Assembly: GCA_010093605.1 (NCBI GenBank)
Contig: MU004182.1
Span: 715,032 to 779,031 of the forward strand
From: Lophium mytilinum
Lineage: Eukaryota
Direction of reading: 5' to 3'
DNA length: 64,000 nucleotides
Both the position numbers and the translations under genes were made by a program. This document shows, piece after piece, positions 46,708 to 59,561 of this stretch. How positions within the stretch are numbered: position 1 is the stretch's first letter; every line of letters begins with the position of its first letter. Below the pieces are notes generated by a model. That model had not been told where the DNA came from. It ran no database searches and worked only from the letters and a program-made list of their open reading frames with translations.

Positions 46708-47650
46708 AATTAAAAGTACGAATCGATCCGATAGCTCATAACGATGGAAAGAGTTATCACGCCAGATGAAGTCGTTAAGTAAGGTTCACGTTCACCGGCT
46801 CACTATGCCAATCACAGTGCCGCGGCGTTTGAGTCGGCCTTTGAGCGCGGCAGCAGTTGCGGACCGGTTGAGAATGCGGAGTACCCCAGAATAGTCCTTG
46901 CCGAGAGGCACTAGGACGGAATGACTCGTGATGGTGCGCGGAAACAGACCAAAAGTAACATGTCGAATCGTGAATTGCCTCGGCGTTAACCGTTTTTTCG
47001 ACGGTCACGCTGCTCACAGTTCGGGAATCTTCCGGCAAAGCCTTTAAGTAGATCCGAGGAGTCTAATTTTGTACATCTAGACCAAGGCGTGACTGATACT
47101 CTCGCAGACTTTGACCGCTACACGCGGTCTCCATGTTTTTAGCAGCTGCAATGCCCCTGCGTATAGCCACTCTGTTGAGTATCTATGATAGAGGTTGGCG
47201 TTGTATCGACCCATACAAAGTAGCTCGATTGCCAATCAGAAGGCGAAAACGAAGGATGTATTTGAAAAGCGCGAAGAAAACTTCACGCTGCGCCTAGCAA
47301 TACGTTAATGGCCTAGATATGTTGCGTCCCAAGTTGCCGGTATACAGACCGGGAATCCGGATATCAGATTGACACGATCAGGCCAATTCTTGCAAAGCCC
47401 GACCATCAGTCCGGAACGTACCCAGCAACCTGGGAAGAAATGGTCCTGAATCGTGTTATAGCGCGCCTGCTCGTAGTTTCCCCGGCTTCGCTCGGGCCCT
47501 CTGCAATGGCGGCGTTTGACTTTTGCATCACAAGATCGATCGGCATTTGACGGCGATTGGGTTCCCCAGGTTCAAAAGCTGCATGGAGACCACTATAAAT
47601 GATGAGCGATCATTCTGTCCTGTCAATTGACTACCTTTCCCCAGATTATC

Positions 47651-49501
47651 ATGGCGTCCAATACAGCAGAGGTGCCGCCAAAAGGTGGCGCTGCTACACC
47701 AGAGAACGAGTATCGCGAGACGGCTCTAAAGCAAGACGTGATGCTCGAAACGGACGAAAAACACGTGTCTCCTTTGCAGCGCACCTTTGCAGAGATCATC
47801 GGCGATAACAAGCCCAATCCGCGGGGCCCCGGATATCTCAAGCTTTATGCTTTCTGTTCTTTGATCTTCTTGTGCTCCACGATGAATGGTAGGTTGTTTC
47901 TTCGTATTTCAGAACAAAACACTGACTGGGTTTAGGATTCGATACATCCCTAATGGGCTCAATCAATGCCTTACCGAACTACACAAAATACTACAACCTT
48001 CCTACCAAGGGCAACGCAAGCACGGGCATAGTCTTTGCCATTTTCCAAGTCGGTCAGATGGCCGGTGCTCTTTTCATCTGGATGACAGATTGGCGCGGCC
48101 GCCGCCAGCATATATTCTTGGGTGTCTGGGTGTAGTTGTTGGTACTATCATAACGGCTACTGCGAAGACCTTGTCAGTCTTCATCGCCGGGAGGTTTCTG
48201 TTGTCGTTCTTCGCAACTTGGGCCCATACAGCGTCGCCGTTGTACCTGGTTGAGATGTCTCCTCCCCAGTATAGAGGTTCTGTCGCTGGAATGTACAACA
48301 CTCTCTATTATTTCGTAAGTCGAGATCTGCCTTTGTGGTCGCAATTTCTCACCTTCGACTTCAGGGATCTATAATCGCCACCTCTGCAGTGTACGGCGCA
48401 CATTTGCACCTCAAGAACCATGGCAACCTAGACTGGCGTCTTCCATTATGGCTTCAAATGGTCTGCCCCGCACTGGTCTGCCTCGGAGTCTGGTTCCTCC
48501 CCGAATCGCCTCGCTGGTTGATTGCCAAAGATAGGATCGAGCAAGCGAGAGCCATCATTGTCAAGTATCATGCCAATGGCGATGCCAGCCATCCCATCGT
48601 TGACCTAGAGATGTACGAAATGACCGAATCGCTGCGCAACGAAGGCATTACCCACTGGCGCAACTTCTTTGACCTCAGCGTACTCACAAAGACACGCTCT
48701 CGAAGGTACAGACTGATGTTGAATGTTGCCTTCAGTTGGTTTGGCCAGTTCTCTGGAAACAACGTTATAAGCTATTATCTGCCTACTATGCTTACGAATG
48801 TCGGCATCAAGGACACAAACATGAAGCTGCTACTCAACATCATCTACGCTCTGACGGGGTGGATTGCGGCAACCCTTGGATCCCGATTCCATGACATTGT
48901 CGGCCGTCGAAAAATGTTCCTGGGATCCACGGCCGGGTTGGTGATTTGCTTGTCCATCATGGCTGGTACTTCATCGAGTTTCGTCAATACCAAGAACCAA
49001 ACAAGCGCGTCGGCTAGCATTGCATTCATCTTCATTTTTGGCGTAATCTTCGCGTTTGCCTTCACTAGGTAAGTCTTCGGAAACAAGTCCACTGAGTCCT
49101 TCGTATCAAGGCTAATCTTTTTTGAAAGCATGCAACCGATCTATCCGGCGGAAGTCATGAGCAACGACATGCGCGCTAAGGGTATGGGCGTGTTCAAGCT
49201 GACCGCGGGAACTGCTGGATTCGTCAACACCTTTGCGGCTCCTGTAGCATTGAGCAACGTAAGCCCTTTTCCCGATAGCAAATCGACAAGAGAGAAGTGC
49301 TAATGCCATTATCAGATCGGATACTGGTTCTACGTTTTCTTCGCGGGCTGGGACGTCCTAGAATTCGCCTTCATTTACTTCTTCTTCGTTGAAACAAAGG
49401 GAAGGACATTAGAAGAGCTAGATGCCGTTTTTGAAGCAAAGAACCCACGGAAAGCTAGCACCCAGACTGCGGCTTTGCGATTCGAGGAGGATGCTAATTA
49501 A
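47651..49501 (+). CDS. Sugar porter family MFS transporter (lactose permease/cellodextrin transporter-like), with an apparent 1-bp frameshift near 48120
   Basis: [48 protein letters not shown] and [10 protein letters not shown] sugar-porter motifs. Confidence 0.88.
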
Positions 49502-50161
49502 ACGGCGCCGGAACGAGTGAACGCAGATAAACGCGAGATTTAAGGGGAAAGCTAAATACTTGGGAGCCTTTCAATCCACTCAGGATGATCGCAGGATCTA
49601 ATACGCATTTACGCAGTAAATGTTTGCCAAGATATTATCCTACCTACGTGAACGGGACGGTGGTATCGTAGCGGTCCTAGTAAATGCTAATTGACTGATT
49701 TGTTTTATTGGCGAACTGCGAGCGCAGAGGATGGGATGATTGGCTGCAAATACTTGCATCGTTGAATGTCATAAGCGATTTCCTCGTGGGCAGAAATCAG
49801 ACGCGCCGTCTGGGTCAAATTTTAGTCAATTTACGTGATCTTCCAAAGAACATACGAGCCATTCCTGGTGATCACTTTACCGTAAAGAGCATCGAAAGGA
49901 TGATGGCTATTTTGGCGGATGTTGCGAGAGCGGCTGGAGTTAGAGCGGGAGGATTAGAGTCGAAATCCTTACGCGGTAGACCATTTACCCGTATACTTTC
50001 TTAACAAGCCTTCTACTTCCTACCCTCAAGCCAGCCACGAGGATCACAGCCCAACCCCATCCATCCAGAACCCTAGTATATCCCAAAGAGCCTAAACCCC
50101 TGCCCTATTCTATACACACGCACATCCCTTCCCACCTCCCCTCTCAGTTCTTAATCCTCCC

Positions 50162-50685
50162 TTACTCCTCCAACGCCGCCTCCTCCATCGCCTCCACCGC
50201 CCTCTCCAACTCCGTAATCCTCCCCCCAACCCTCCTCCTCACCTCCTCCGCCACCCCTCGATCCTTCCCCTCAACCACCACCTTGAACGCCTGCCGCAGC
50301 TTCTCCAGCTCCTCGCGCGCCGCCGCCCGGTCGTCCTCCGCATACACCGTCTTCTTCACCGTCTCCTCGGCCGCGATCTCGAACTCGTCGCGCGCGGTGC
50401 CGTAGCTGCGTCACATTAGTGGCGGGATATGGAAGGGTAAAGGGATCGGGAGAGAAGGGCCTAGTACAGGTCTGTGATTTCTTGCATTTTTTCCTCGACG
50501 AGCGCAGCGTCGAAGGCGGCGCGGGGTGTTGGGGTGGTGGCGAAGAGGCGCCTGGGGGAGGGGTGCGGTATGCGCGTGGAGGGTTGGAGGGAGCTTGGAG
50601 GTCGGGATGGGAGGGTTTGGGTGCGGAGGGTTCGGAGGTGCTGGGCGGAGGAGAGGCAGCGGCGGGGGAGGGTGCGGGAGAGCAT
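50162..50685 (-). CDS. Conserved fungal hypothetical mitochondrial protein
   Basis: Presequence MLSRTLPRRCL...; spliced QEITDL-YGTARDEFEIAAEETVKKTVYAEDDRAAAREEL helical domain. Confidence 0.65.
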
Positions 50686-51315
50686 TGCGGGGTTGTGGGA
50701 GGTAGCGTGGACTTAATTGAGTTGGGTATGAATCAGAAAGATGCTGAAAGAGGATTTGATGGTTGTGAGTTGCAGTAAAGCGGGTCGTCTTGACGATGTC
50801 ATGGAGCTTAGTGAAGGCGGAGAGAGGCGGCAGTATGCCTTCCTGGCCAATCGGGGATAACCATCTCAGAGGATTTAAGCATGAAGTCACTGGCACAACG
50901 AAGCTTATATAAAAGTCAATCCATTTCTATTATTCGTCGTCATGCTATCGTATCCATGCCAACCCAAAAGCGTAACAAAGGTGCGGGGAGATTAACCAAA
51001 CCCTCTCAACCCAGCGAAAGCCCTAAAAAACCCTAGATGAAATATCCCAAACCCGGAGATGTGAAGACCCATTACAAAATGAAATGAATGAAATAAAATC
51101 CGGAGACGCGCCGTGGCTGTGTGCCATGTATCTATATCCATACGCCATAAAGGTGCCCGACCCAGGCAAGATGTACGAGCAAGGGTAGTCAGTGCAGATT
51201 TCTGTCACTGACTCCTCCCTGCCCAACATCATGCCGAAAACAGAGAGTCGTTCCAAATTGTATCGTCAAATTATCGTAACATCCGAACGGTGTAAAGCGC
51301 GGCGGCGAAATTCCT

Positions 51316-51609
51316 CTACTGGTAGTATCCGGAGTTGCTAGCGGAGGAGCTGGTTGTGGAGTCACTGGTCTGTCCACCTCCATTGTGGACGACTACAGAA
51401 GTGGGCTTGCTCCCATAGCCACGGTTCGACCGTGACGAAGTAGCAGAGTTGGCGTATATTGAGTTCGATGTAGACGAGTAGGCTACAGTAGATCTCCCGT
51501 TAGTATGAGCTATCTTGGGCGTCGAGGCAGCGCGTGGTGGTGGCTTACAGGTCGAGCGAGGTGCGTAGGCAGATGCCTTTGGCTTGGAGTAGGAGTAGTT
51601 GGAAGACAT
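51316..51609 (-). CDS. Small Ser-rich protein
   Basis: gcaATG start; 97 aa MSSNYSYSKPK...VVVHNGGG...SGYYQ. Confidence 0.5.
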   Translation of the reverse strand: MSSNYSYSKPKASAYAPRSTCKPPPRAASTPKIAHTNGRSTVAYSSTSNSIYANSATSSRSNRGYGSKPTSVVVHNGGGQTSDSTTSSSASNSGYYQ

Positions 51610-53090
51610 TGCGTCTGCGGCTGAGATCTCGAGGTGGTTGCGGCGTTTGAAGGCGCAGGAAGGCTGTAGATTCGGCGCTTTGATTTGTTGCGTTTGAGAG
51701 GCTTGAGCGGCGAAGTATAGGCTTCTGAGTATTTGGTATAGCACGGGACGAATAGTGGTCAGGTTGAAGTGCAAGATGTGAATAGATAGCTGGATAGATC
51801 AATGACTCTTGACAGTATGATTCAGTGAAGGAAGAAAGAATGACGGCCATAGCCATTGTGATCTTTATACTCTAGGCAGATTCCTGAGGCCGCTCGCCCA
51901 GGCGTTGACTGTTCGGCCAACTCCTATGGGAAATGTAGATGCCTGAGCGTGTGACTGCTTGGAGTCATTGAGGCGGTGCCGGCGGCCCCAGGCCGGTGAA
52001 GCTCTGAGGCAGGCAGAATCCATAGCTACCGGCCGTGAACGCGCAAGCGCGTGCGCGGGTAGAGTCATCAGGTAGAAACAAGACGTAGCAGCGACAGAAA
52101 GAGAAGCGTCGCGCGTTCGAGAAGCGGCGACAGGTTTCCAGGAAGAGAGAGTCTGACAAAATGACAATGCGAATGACTGGGACCTGCTGCAAGGCACACA
52201 GAGCGGGCCAGTGAGCAGCAGGCAATTGAAAGCTTGTCTACACTGGCGCAGGCTGTAGCAATCGGACAGTCACTGGACGGCTAGGGGGAAGAGTGAGCCA
52301 GCCTCCCAGATCAGGCAGAGTGTGGGGGCTGAGTAGGTTGGCGCCTGGTGCCTCGCGCGGTCACTGCAAAGAGGCCACCGGCCCTGCGGTCAGTGGGTTA
52401 CACGCTGCAAACAGTGGAGAGGGCGGGCAGATGATGAAACAGAGGGGAGAAAGAGTTGCGTGGCCGTGATGTGAACAGAAGTGGGCGAGGAGGTTGGGAA
52501 GGGCGGAGGAGTGAGGGGTGCGTCCGAGAGCTCGGGATGGAGCTCCAACCCTTGGCTTTCCAGGCCAGGCCAGGCAGAAGGCAGGACATCCAGGCATCTC
52601 CAAATCCCCATTTCATCATTGAGGCCATCCGCAGCAGCGAATTTGCCACTCACTGAGCAATCTTCGCTGTCATCATATACATAGTCCAGGAGTCTCATCG
52701 TGACCGGTGAAGGCTGCTGTGAGTGTTGGCGTAGCCAGATGCCCTTAATTGGGCATACACGTGACGAGCATACCTAATTGCAGCTCCAGGGAGCAAATGG
52801 ATGGAATTGAAGGACCAGAGAGCGGGAAATTATTCTTGTGCAGCTGTCGTGGAAAAGGAATTAAGGTTAAGGGGTTCGCGGGAAGGTGCAGACATAACCC
52901 CTCCTCGCATATAGCACGTGGTATCTCAATGAGGGCAAGCACTCTGTCAGGTACGATGCAAGGCTGGTGAAATGCAAGGATTGATTTGGCCTTTTCGGCA
53001 TTGCAATTCATTCTTTCAGAGCTAATGCTGTAGGATAATCTGATGCTTCCTAATCCAATACGCCGACCACAAGGAAGAGGCAGACCAAGC

Positions 53091-54636
53091 TCAAGGAGTC
53101 GCCTTCTCCTGGTCCATCTCCTCTCTGAGGATCTTGACCTGCTTCTTAATCTCCTTCCAAAGCACCAGATCGTCCAACCCAGGGTCATCCCTCACAAGCG
53201 TATAGCTTGACATCCTCGAGGTCAACGCACTCATACCTTCCGGTCCAGCATACTTCTCGATATCAGGCGCACCCTGCGACACCGCAATAGCTAGCAGCGC
53301 CGCTACAAAAGCCTCTTGCATGTACGCGAAACTAAACTTGTCCGTGATCTTAGCAATCGCGGTGCACAGCTTGTCCGGGAAATCAATGTCATCGTTGTCA
53401 GAGAGCTTCCCCTGCCAGTAGTGGCAGTACGCAACGCGCTCCTCCATGCTTGGGTCTGGGAAGTAGTACTTGCGGTCGAAGCGACTAGGGCGCTTTGAGA
53501 TTCCGGGGTCCAGACGGTCAAGGTGATTGGTGCTGCCGACCATCAGAATACCATCGTTGCTTCGCAGGCCGTCCACTTCGTTCAGGAAGTAGGAGCGCAC
53601 GCTGTCGGAGACGATGCTGTCGAGGTCCTCGAAAACGAGGTAGCAGGGCGCTTGCTGGCGGGCTTTGTTGAAGATTTGGCCTAGAGAGTACTCCGGGCCA
53701 GCGAACTGTCTCATATTAGCGGCTGGATTAGGAGGATTTTCTTGAATACTAAGACTTACGCTGCTAAGCGTCCGAACATACAAAGTCGGCACAGCTTCCT
53801 TCCGCTGATACAGAGCATGCATCATCGCCTTGATCGAAATCGTCTTGCCGTTCCCAGGCGGCCCATAATAGATTATGCCCCTCTTCCACGGCACCTTCAA
53901 CCTCTTGTACGTCTCCCTCGAATCAAAGAAGTTCTCCACATCATCAATTATCGCCTTCTTCATACCTTGCTCTAGAATCACATCCTCCCACTTCGAATGT
54001 TGCACGCTCTGCCACAGCTCCCCGCTCTTCTGCCAATACCCCCGATCAAACACCCACACCTCGTTATGTAGCTCTTGCCCGTACTTTGTCGCCGCGACAA
54101 TCACCTCGTCTGCCAACCTCTCCTCTTTCGTGAGGATATAGTTGTTTGTGATTTGTGGGTATGCGCTAGACCCGTCACGCCCATTTGCGACGTAGAGCAG
54201 AAACTCATGGTCTTTGTATTTGTAGAGGTATTTGCCGAAGAGGACGAGGTCGGCTAGAATGCCGGATCCGTGGTCTAGGCGGCGTGCTGGGGGAATGTAT
54301 TGGCGCCATTTTATGGGTGCGTAGACGGGGTCGGCGGTCTCTTCAAGAGGGATGGCACTGGCATGGCCAGCGCCCGCAAAGGCGAGGAGATTGCAGCTGC
54401 CTTGTGGGGAGACAACGACATGGAGCTCGGGGTACTGCTCACGAGGTGTTTGTTAGTACTTGTTGATGACCGAGAATGGACCCCGAGAGGCAGAGCTGCA
54501 AGACGCGTACCTGCTTCCGCAGAGCTTCCACAACGACAGTATCAGTGCTGACACGCTGACCGCTGGAATGGTGGAAGTATTCCCGTCCCGTCTCGTCGTG
54601 GGCGGGCCGGATTGCGATGCTCTGGGATCCGGTCAT
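53091..54636 (-). CDS. Stand-alone AAA+ ATPase
   Basis: Walker A GPPGNGKT, Walker B LVFEDLD, sensor and arginine finger STNHLDRLDPGISKRPSRFDRK; introns present. Confidence 0.9.
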
Positions 54637-57600
54637 AGTGAGCTTGAACGGGTGTGATTGACGGGGGTTTCAGGCGTGCAATGCAAGATGTTCGCTGGAG
54701 ACTGATGCAGAGGCTAATGCAGAGAGTTTCAGAGGTTTCGTAGTACTTGGGAGAGACCTTGAATGTTGAAGGTAAGCTCGTGTTGACCCGTGCTCGAGCT
54801 TGAGGGAGCTCCAAGATCGTCATCACGGTGGCGGAGCAGTCGGGGGTGGGGCGGAGGATTCGCTGGTGTCAGGTTTCAATTAAATGTCGATCACAAACTT
54901 GCAAGTCGACAACATCTTGCTCCATCACAGAGGTCTATTGCGAAAAATCAGAGCACATGAAGCTGTACAGCATCTGAACAAAGAGCCTCTTGTTTCCACG
55001 TAAGGTAGGGCCCTCAAGAACTCCTCCGCCAAACCCCTGCCGCAGGTCAATACGAAGAAGGGAAGCCCATGCGTGCCCTCTCCGCTGTGGGGAAGCGCCA
55101 CGTTCTCCCACGACTCCCAAAACGCCAAAAACATCCTGCGGACGAGTGGATAAGAATATATCATGCCATTCTGGACCCCCTCGTGGCCGTATGCAACACC
55201 CACATGACAGCCGCGTGCTAGTTCGCAGTGGCTTGCATAACCTGAGAACCGTACGATTGACCCTTCTCGACGTCGCTCCGCGGCCGCTGCAAGACATCAC
55301 TCCCGCAGCTGTGTTCAGCACCGTGGTTCGCCGACAATCTGTTGATTTGGTATGGTGTTTTGTTTTTGCTTCAGCCGCCCGCCCTGTATCCGCGTCCGAG
55401 GGTGTTGGCAGTTTCTCCGTGCATCCGGAGTCTCCTCATCACTGCAGGATGAGGCTGTTCTTGTCTTCTTGGCGAATGCATGCAGCGTAGCTAAGACTAG
55501 AAGGTGAGAATTGGTGTCGGTGTAACCGGTTGTACCTTTTCGTACCTTTTCATGCTATTCGTACCTAGGTATCTGTCGTCAGTAGAAGGCGGCTTGGCAA
55601 TACGTTAGTCGTCGTAACCTATTGAAAAGTGCGGTATCTCGAGTTATACTCTCGGTTGCAGGAGCAGCGTAAGTTGATCTTAGTCACCAGGCGTTTATTA
55701 TCGAGTTACTTTTAGCCACTTCTCCAACGATGATCCCTCGACTGTAACAGCTAGCGATGCAGCATCTGGCATACTGAGCCGAATCGATTCCCAAGTATAA
55801 GAACAGTCTAGAAAACTACTTTCGGTTGCAGCTCTCGCTTTTGCGGTGCTGATACTCCGTGGGTGTTAGATCATATCTATTTGGCAGAGATGAAAGCTTA
55901 GAGTTGTGCTAAACCAACCCGGGCTGAACGACACTTCGCTATCTTGAGCGGTACGCAGTATTGCTAGAGTAAGACCTAAGATGGAAGCACGCATCCCATT
56001 GGTACGGGAGCTGCAAGTATAAATATTGTAAGACTGAGCCGTCGGAGGGAGACGGCCCGTACCGAATCTAGGGTTAGCCCAAACACCTCGATGAAGAATC
56101 ATCTCGTCTACCAGCCGACCGAGATATGGAGCTCTCTTCCTCAAGGATGCCACTGGGTGATCCTAGTAGTAGCTGTTATCCTAGAATCACCTCCCGTCTC
56201 TGGTGAAGATAATAGTCGTGATACGATGATGAGCAAGTGACGAAAATCTCCATAAATACATAGAGCTTGAACGTATTGCCTGCACAGTTGAAAGGTTTTT
56301 TAAGCCACTTTAAACAAGTACGGATGAACCAGCAGCTAGAGTCAATCGCACGACTTAGCGTTGCGTACTCGTGTGTAACAGAAGAGTACTACGTCTACCA
56401 CTCGTGCGCTTCTAGAAGGTAGAGATATGTGACCATATTGATCCTTCGTGTGACTACATTGCAGGCGCATTGAACAGGGCCCTGACAGGCCGACCGTTTA
56501 AACCTCTTGGGAATACAAGGGGCTGCCACGCTGCGTGCCGCAATAAGCTGGCTAAATTGTCCCACCATTGAGAGACTGGGTAGGGCATCGGGGATTGGCA
56601 TGGTTCCGTATGTGGAAGCGAGGATGGACTACAGCATGAAGACCCAGATTGGCGGGCTCTCAACCTTGGAAGGTGTAACCGTCTTACAGCTCCTTCCCCT
56701 AATTCCAGGTACAAGAAAATACTTCCACGCGGCCGCGTCGGAGACACTGCCAATTCCCTTTACCAATACGGCTCCATGTTATTATCACGACAAAAATCAG
56801 AATGTCTACTGCGCGAGGATGATTTCGGGAACCTGGGGCTCTTGGCGTCCTTGGTTGACCTCCACACCGCGTGCAGGTGGTGTGTCGGATGCCAAGAAAT
56901 GATTTCACATCTCAGGCAGTGGCATCGATGCGGCTTTGTCGGTCCCCGCTGGACCGAATCGACCAGATACGCGGGAGTCAGATCTCAGGTGATATGTGGA
57001 GAGCTCGCGACACACCCGGTCTCGAAGGCGTCAAATGGTGGGTTTTGCTCGAGCCGCGATGTGATCCTACGCTGCTCAGCGACTGCGGATCGGCCTCTTC
57101 CTCCTCCCTACTATCATAGAAATACCATTGGGATCAAATGCCATCTTTTCATCAGCACGATGAAAATGTCTTCAATTCATTTAAAAAGAAAAGATCCAAA
57201 GCCAGTTCGTGGTGTCACGATGCCGCCACTGGGAGCTACCCAGCCATCGCATCGAACCAAGCTTCAGCCGTCTCGGCGATGATGCCACAAGGATGCCCGG
57301 TCCCGGGCAAATGAAAAATTTACGACGCCGAGGATTTCTGGACAGGCCATCGTGGCTGACCACGGCAGGGGCTGGACGCCTGCGGTCCGGGCGCGGCATC
57401 GAGTGCGCAGGATGGCCAGAGGTTGGTGCTTCGAGAAGTTTACGGCACGCGAGGAGACGGCGTCTTCTATTTGAAATCCCACAGAACACCAGCACACCGG
57501 GCTCTCCCTGCGTCACGACCCGGCGATGTATCCGGGAAGCACGGCTTTCTACATAGTACATTGATAGGCCGTGTGGGCCTTGGGCCCAAAGCGGAACCAG

Positions 57601-58293
57601 AGCGCAGCAGAGGAGCTGACACTCGCTGATGCACTTTGCATCTCCACCGCAGCGCTCACGGGACCGGCGGGCGGCAGTTGGCCACGATGCCACGACTCGG
57701 GCGCTCCCCGCTCGTCCTGTTTGGCGATGACGAACATGGGGTGACGGCACAGCGATCGGGTCTCTCGCCCGTTGGAGGGCTGCTGCAGCGCCTCTGCTGG
57801 AGACTCGCTTTGTGCCGACGTGCAGTGGTGGTCCCACGCCTCGGCAGCCATGGCATGCAGGCCTCTTAGTGGCTGATCATCCCAGAGACGGCTTCGATGC
57901 TACGGCCGGGGGCGTCTTTGTTGACGCCTCTATTGCCGGAACCTGCGGAGAGGATGGACATCTTGCTGGCCATGGCGGGCACGGAGGGTCTAATTACCAG
58001 CCCTTGGCCGCATCGCCAGACCCATGATGTTCTCCACGGGGCTTGCCTTCTAGACGAACATTGCTGATCCGACAGTGGAGCTCCCGGACCGGCCAAGGAC
58101 AGGTATATTTGACCCCATCCCCATCTCCCCATATTGCCCGGACCGCTTTCAGTTCACCCCAGATTCTGATTTCAAACAGAAGTGGAGACCTCCGCTCGTG
58201 ACCCTCTTCTTTGACCGCTCCACGATAACCGTCTCTCTCACCTTCAGTTCACTTCATACTTTCCATCCATTTCACAACAGACATTGAACAGCA

Positions 58294-59561
58294 ATGGCGA
58301 CCGCACAGGAGCACCAGGTATGTTACCGTCTTTCGCTCGCCAATTTTCGTCCGTCGCGGTTACATTCGGGCTGACGCGTGATAGAATGCCGCTGCGGTAG
58401 GTGGAGAGACACCATATAGTAAGGAGACCAACGGGACCAGCGCCATTGACCACGGCGCTACAACTGCCACAAAACAGAGAGCTCCCTACGATTATGGTAT
58501 GCCTTCCTCGAGCTTCAATTTTTCGATAAACGTCGACTTTTTCTATCGTACTCATGCTCATGCCAACAGGTGGCAACCCACTCGCACACGTTCGCACGAA
58601 CGATTCTCAACTTCGCATGCCAGCCTTTGGTGGTGAATTCCAGCCCGGTCTTTACAGGTAGGACGACTGTGAATGTCGAAGTGAACCGATTCACTAACTT
58701 TCTCGTAGGCCACCAAACAGGAAGTTTGGTAACCCAGCCCCATTGGGTCTCTCAGCTTTCGCCTTGACCACCTTCGTGCTCGCGCTCATTAATATGGGTA
58801 CGCTCAACATCAACGAGCCCAACATCGTTGTTGCGCTCGCCTTCGGCTATGGTGGTCTTGTGCAATTGCTCGCTGGCATGTGGTAAGTTTCAATGCGCCA
58901 GCTCCCGAACCACCACAAACTCACACGAACCCAGGGAAATGGCTGTCGGGAACACCTTCGGTGCCACCGCGCTCTCTTCCTACGGAGGATTCTGGCTCTC
59001 CTTCGCCATCATCCTGACCCCTGGCGGCTTCGAAATTGCGTCGACTCTCGAAGCCAAGGGCCCAGCACCCTTCCTCAACTCCTTCGGCCTCTACCTTATG
59101 GGCTGGTTCATCTTCACCTTCATGCTGCTCATCTGCACCTTGAGGTCCACGGTTGCCTTCTTCACTCTATTCTTCACGCTCGACATGGCCTTCCTCCTGC
59201 TCGGCATTGGGTACCTCCAGCACGGCGCTACTGGCCCCAACACCGGCTGCATCAAGGCCGGAGGCGTCTTCGCCGTCCTCGCCGCCTTCCTTGCGTGGTA
59301 CAACGCGCTTGCCGGTATCGCGGACAGCTCCAACAGGTACGTTCGGCGCACCGCTCTGACCCACTTCCGTTCATATATTTTCATGCATATATTTTCATGC
59401 ATGCACGCACAATGCATCATAGATTAAAGTCCTCAACAACTAACATCCCATGCAGCTTCTTCGTCATCCCCGTCGCCCACTTCCCGTGGAGCGACACCGG
59501 CCGCGAGCGCCGCAACAAAGTCGACAACTCGGATGCGCGCGACGCCGCCCATGTCGCATGA
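58294..59561 (+). CDS. acpA: Gpr1/Fun34/YaaH acetate transporter (AcpA-type)
   Basis: AFGGEFQPGLY, NPAPLGLSAF signature, YGGLVQLLAGMWE, GNTFGATALSSYGGFW; multiple short introns. Confidence 0.88.

Noticed and set aside
54900..58250. Many 60-220 aa ORFs between the AAA ATPase and acpA
   Set aside because: No family motifs, mutually overlapping, mostly non-ATG starts; treated as a long divergent promoter region.
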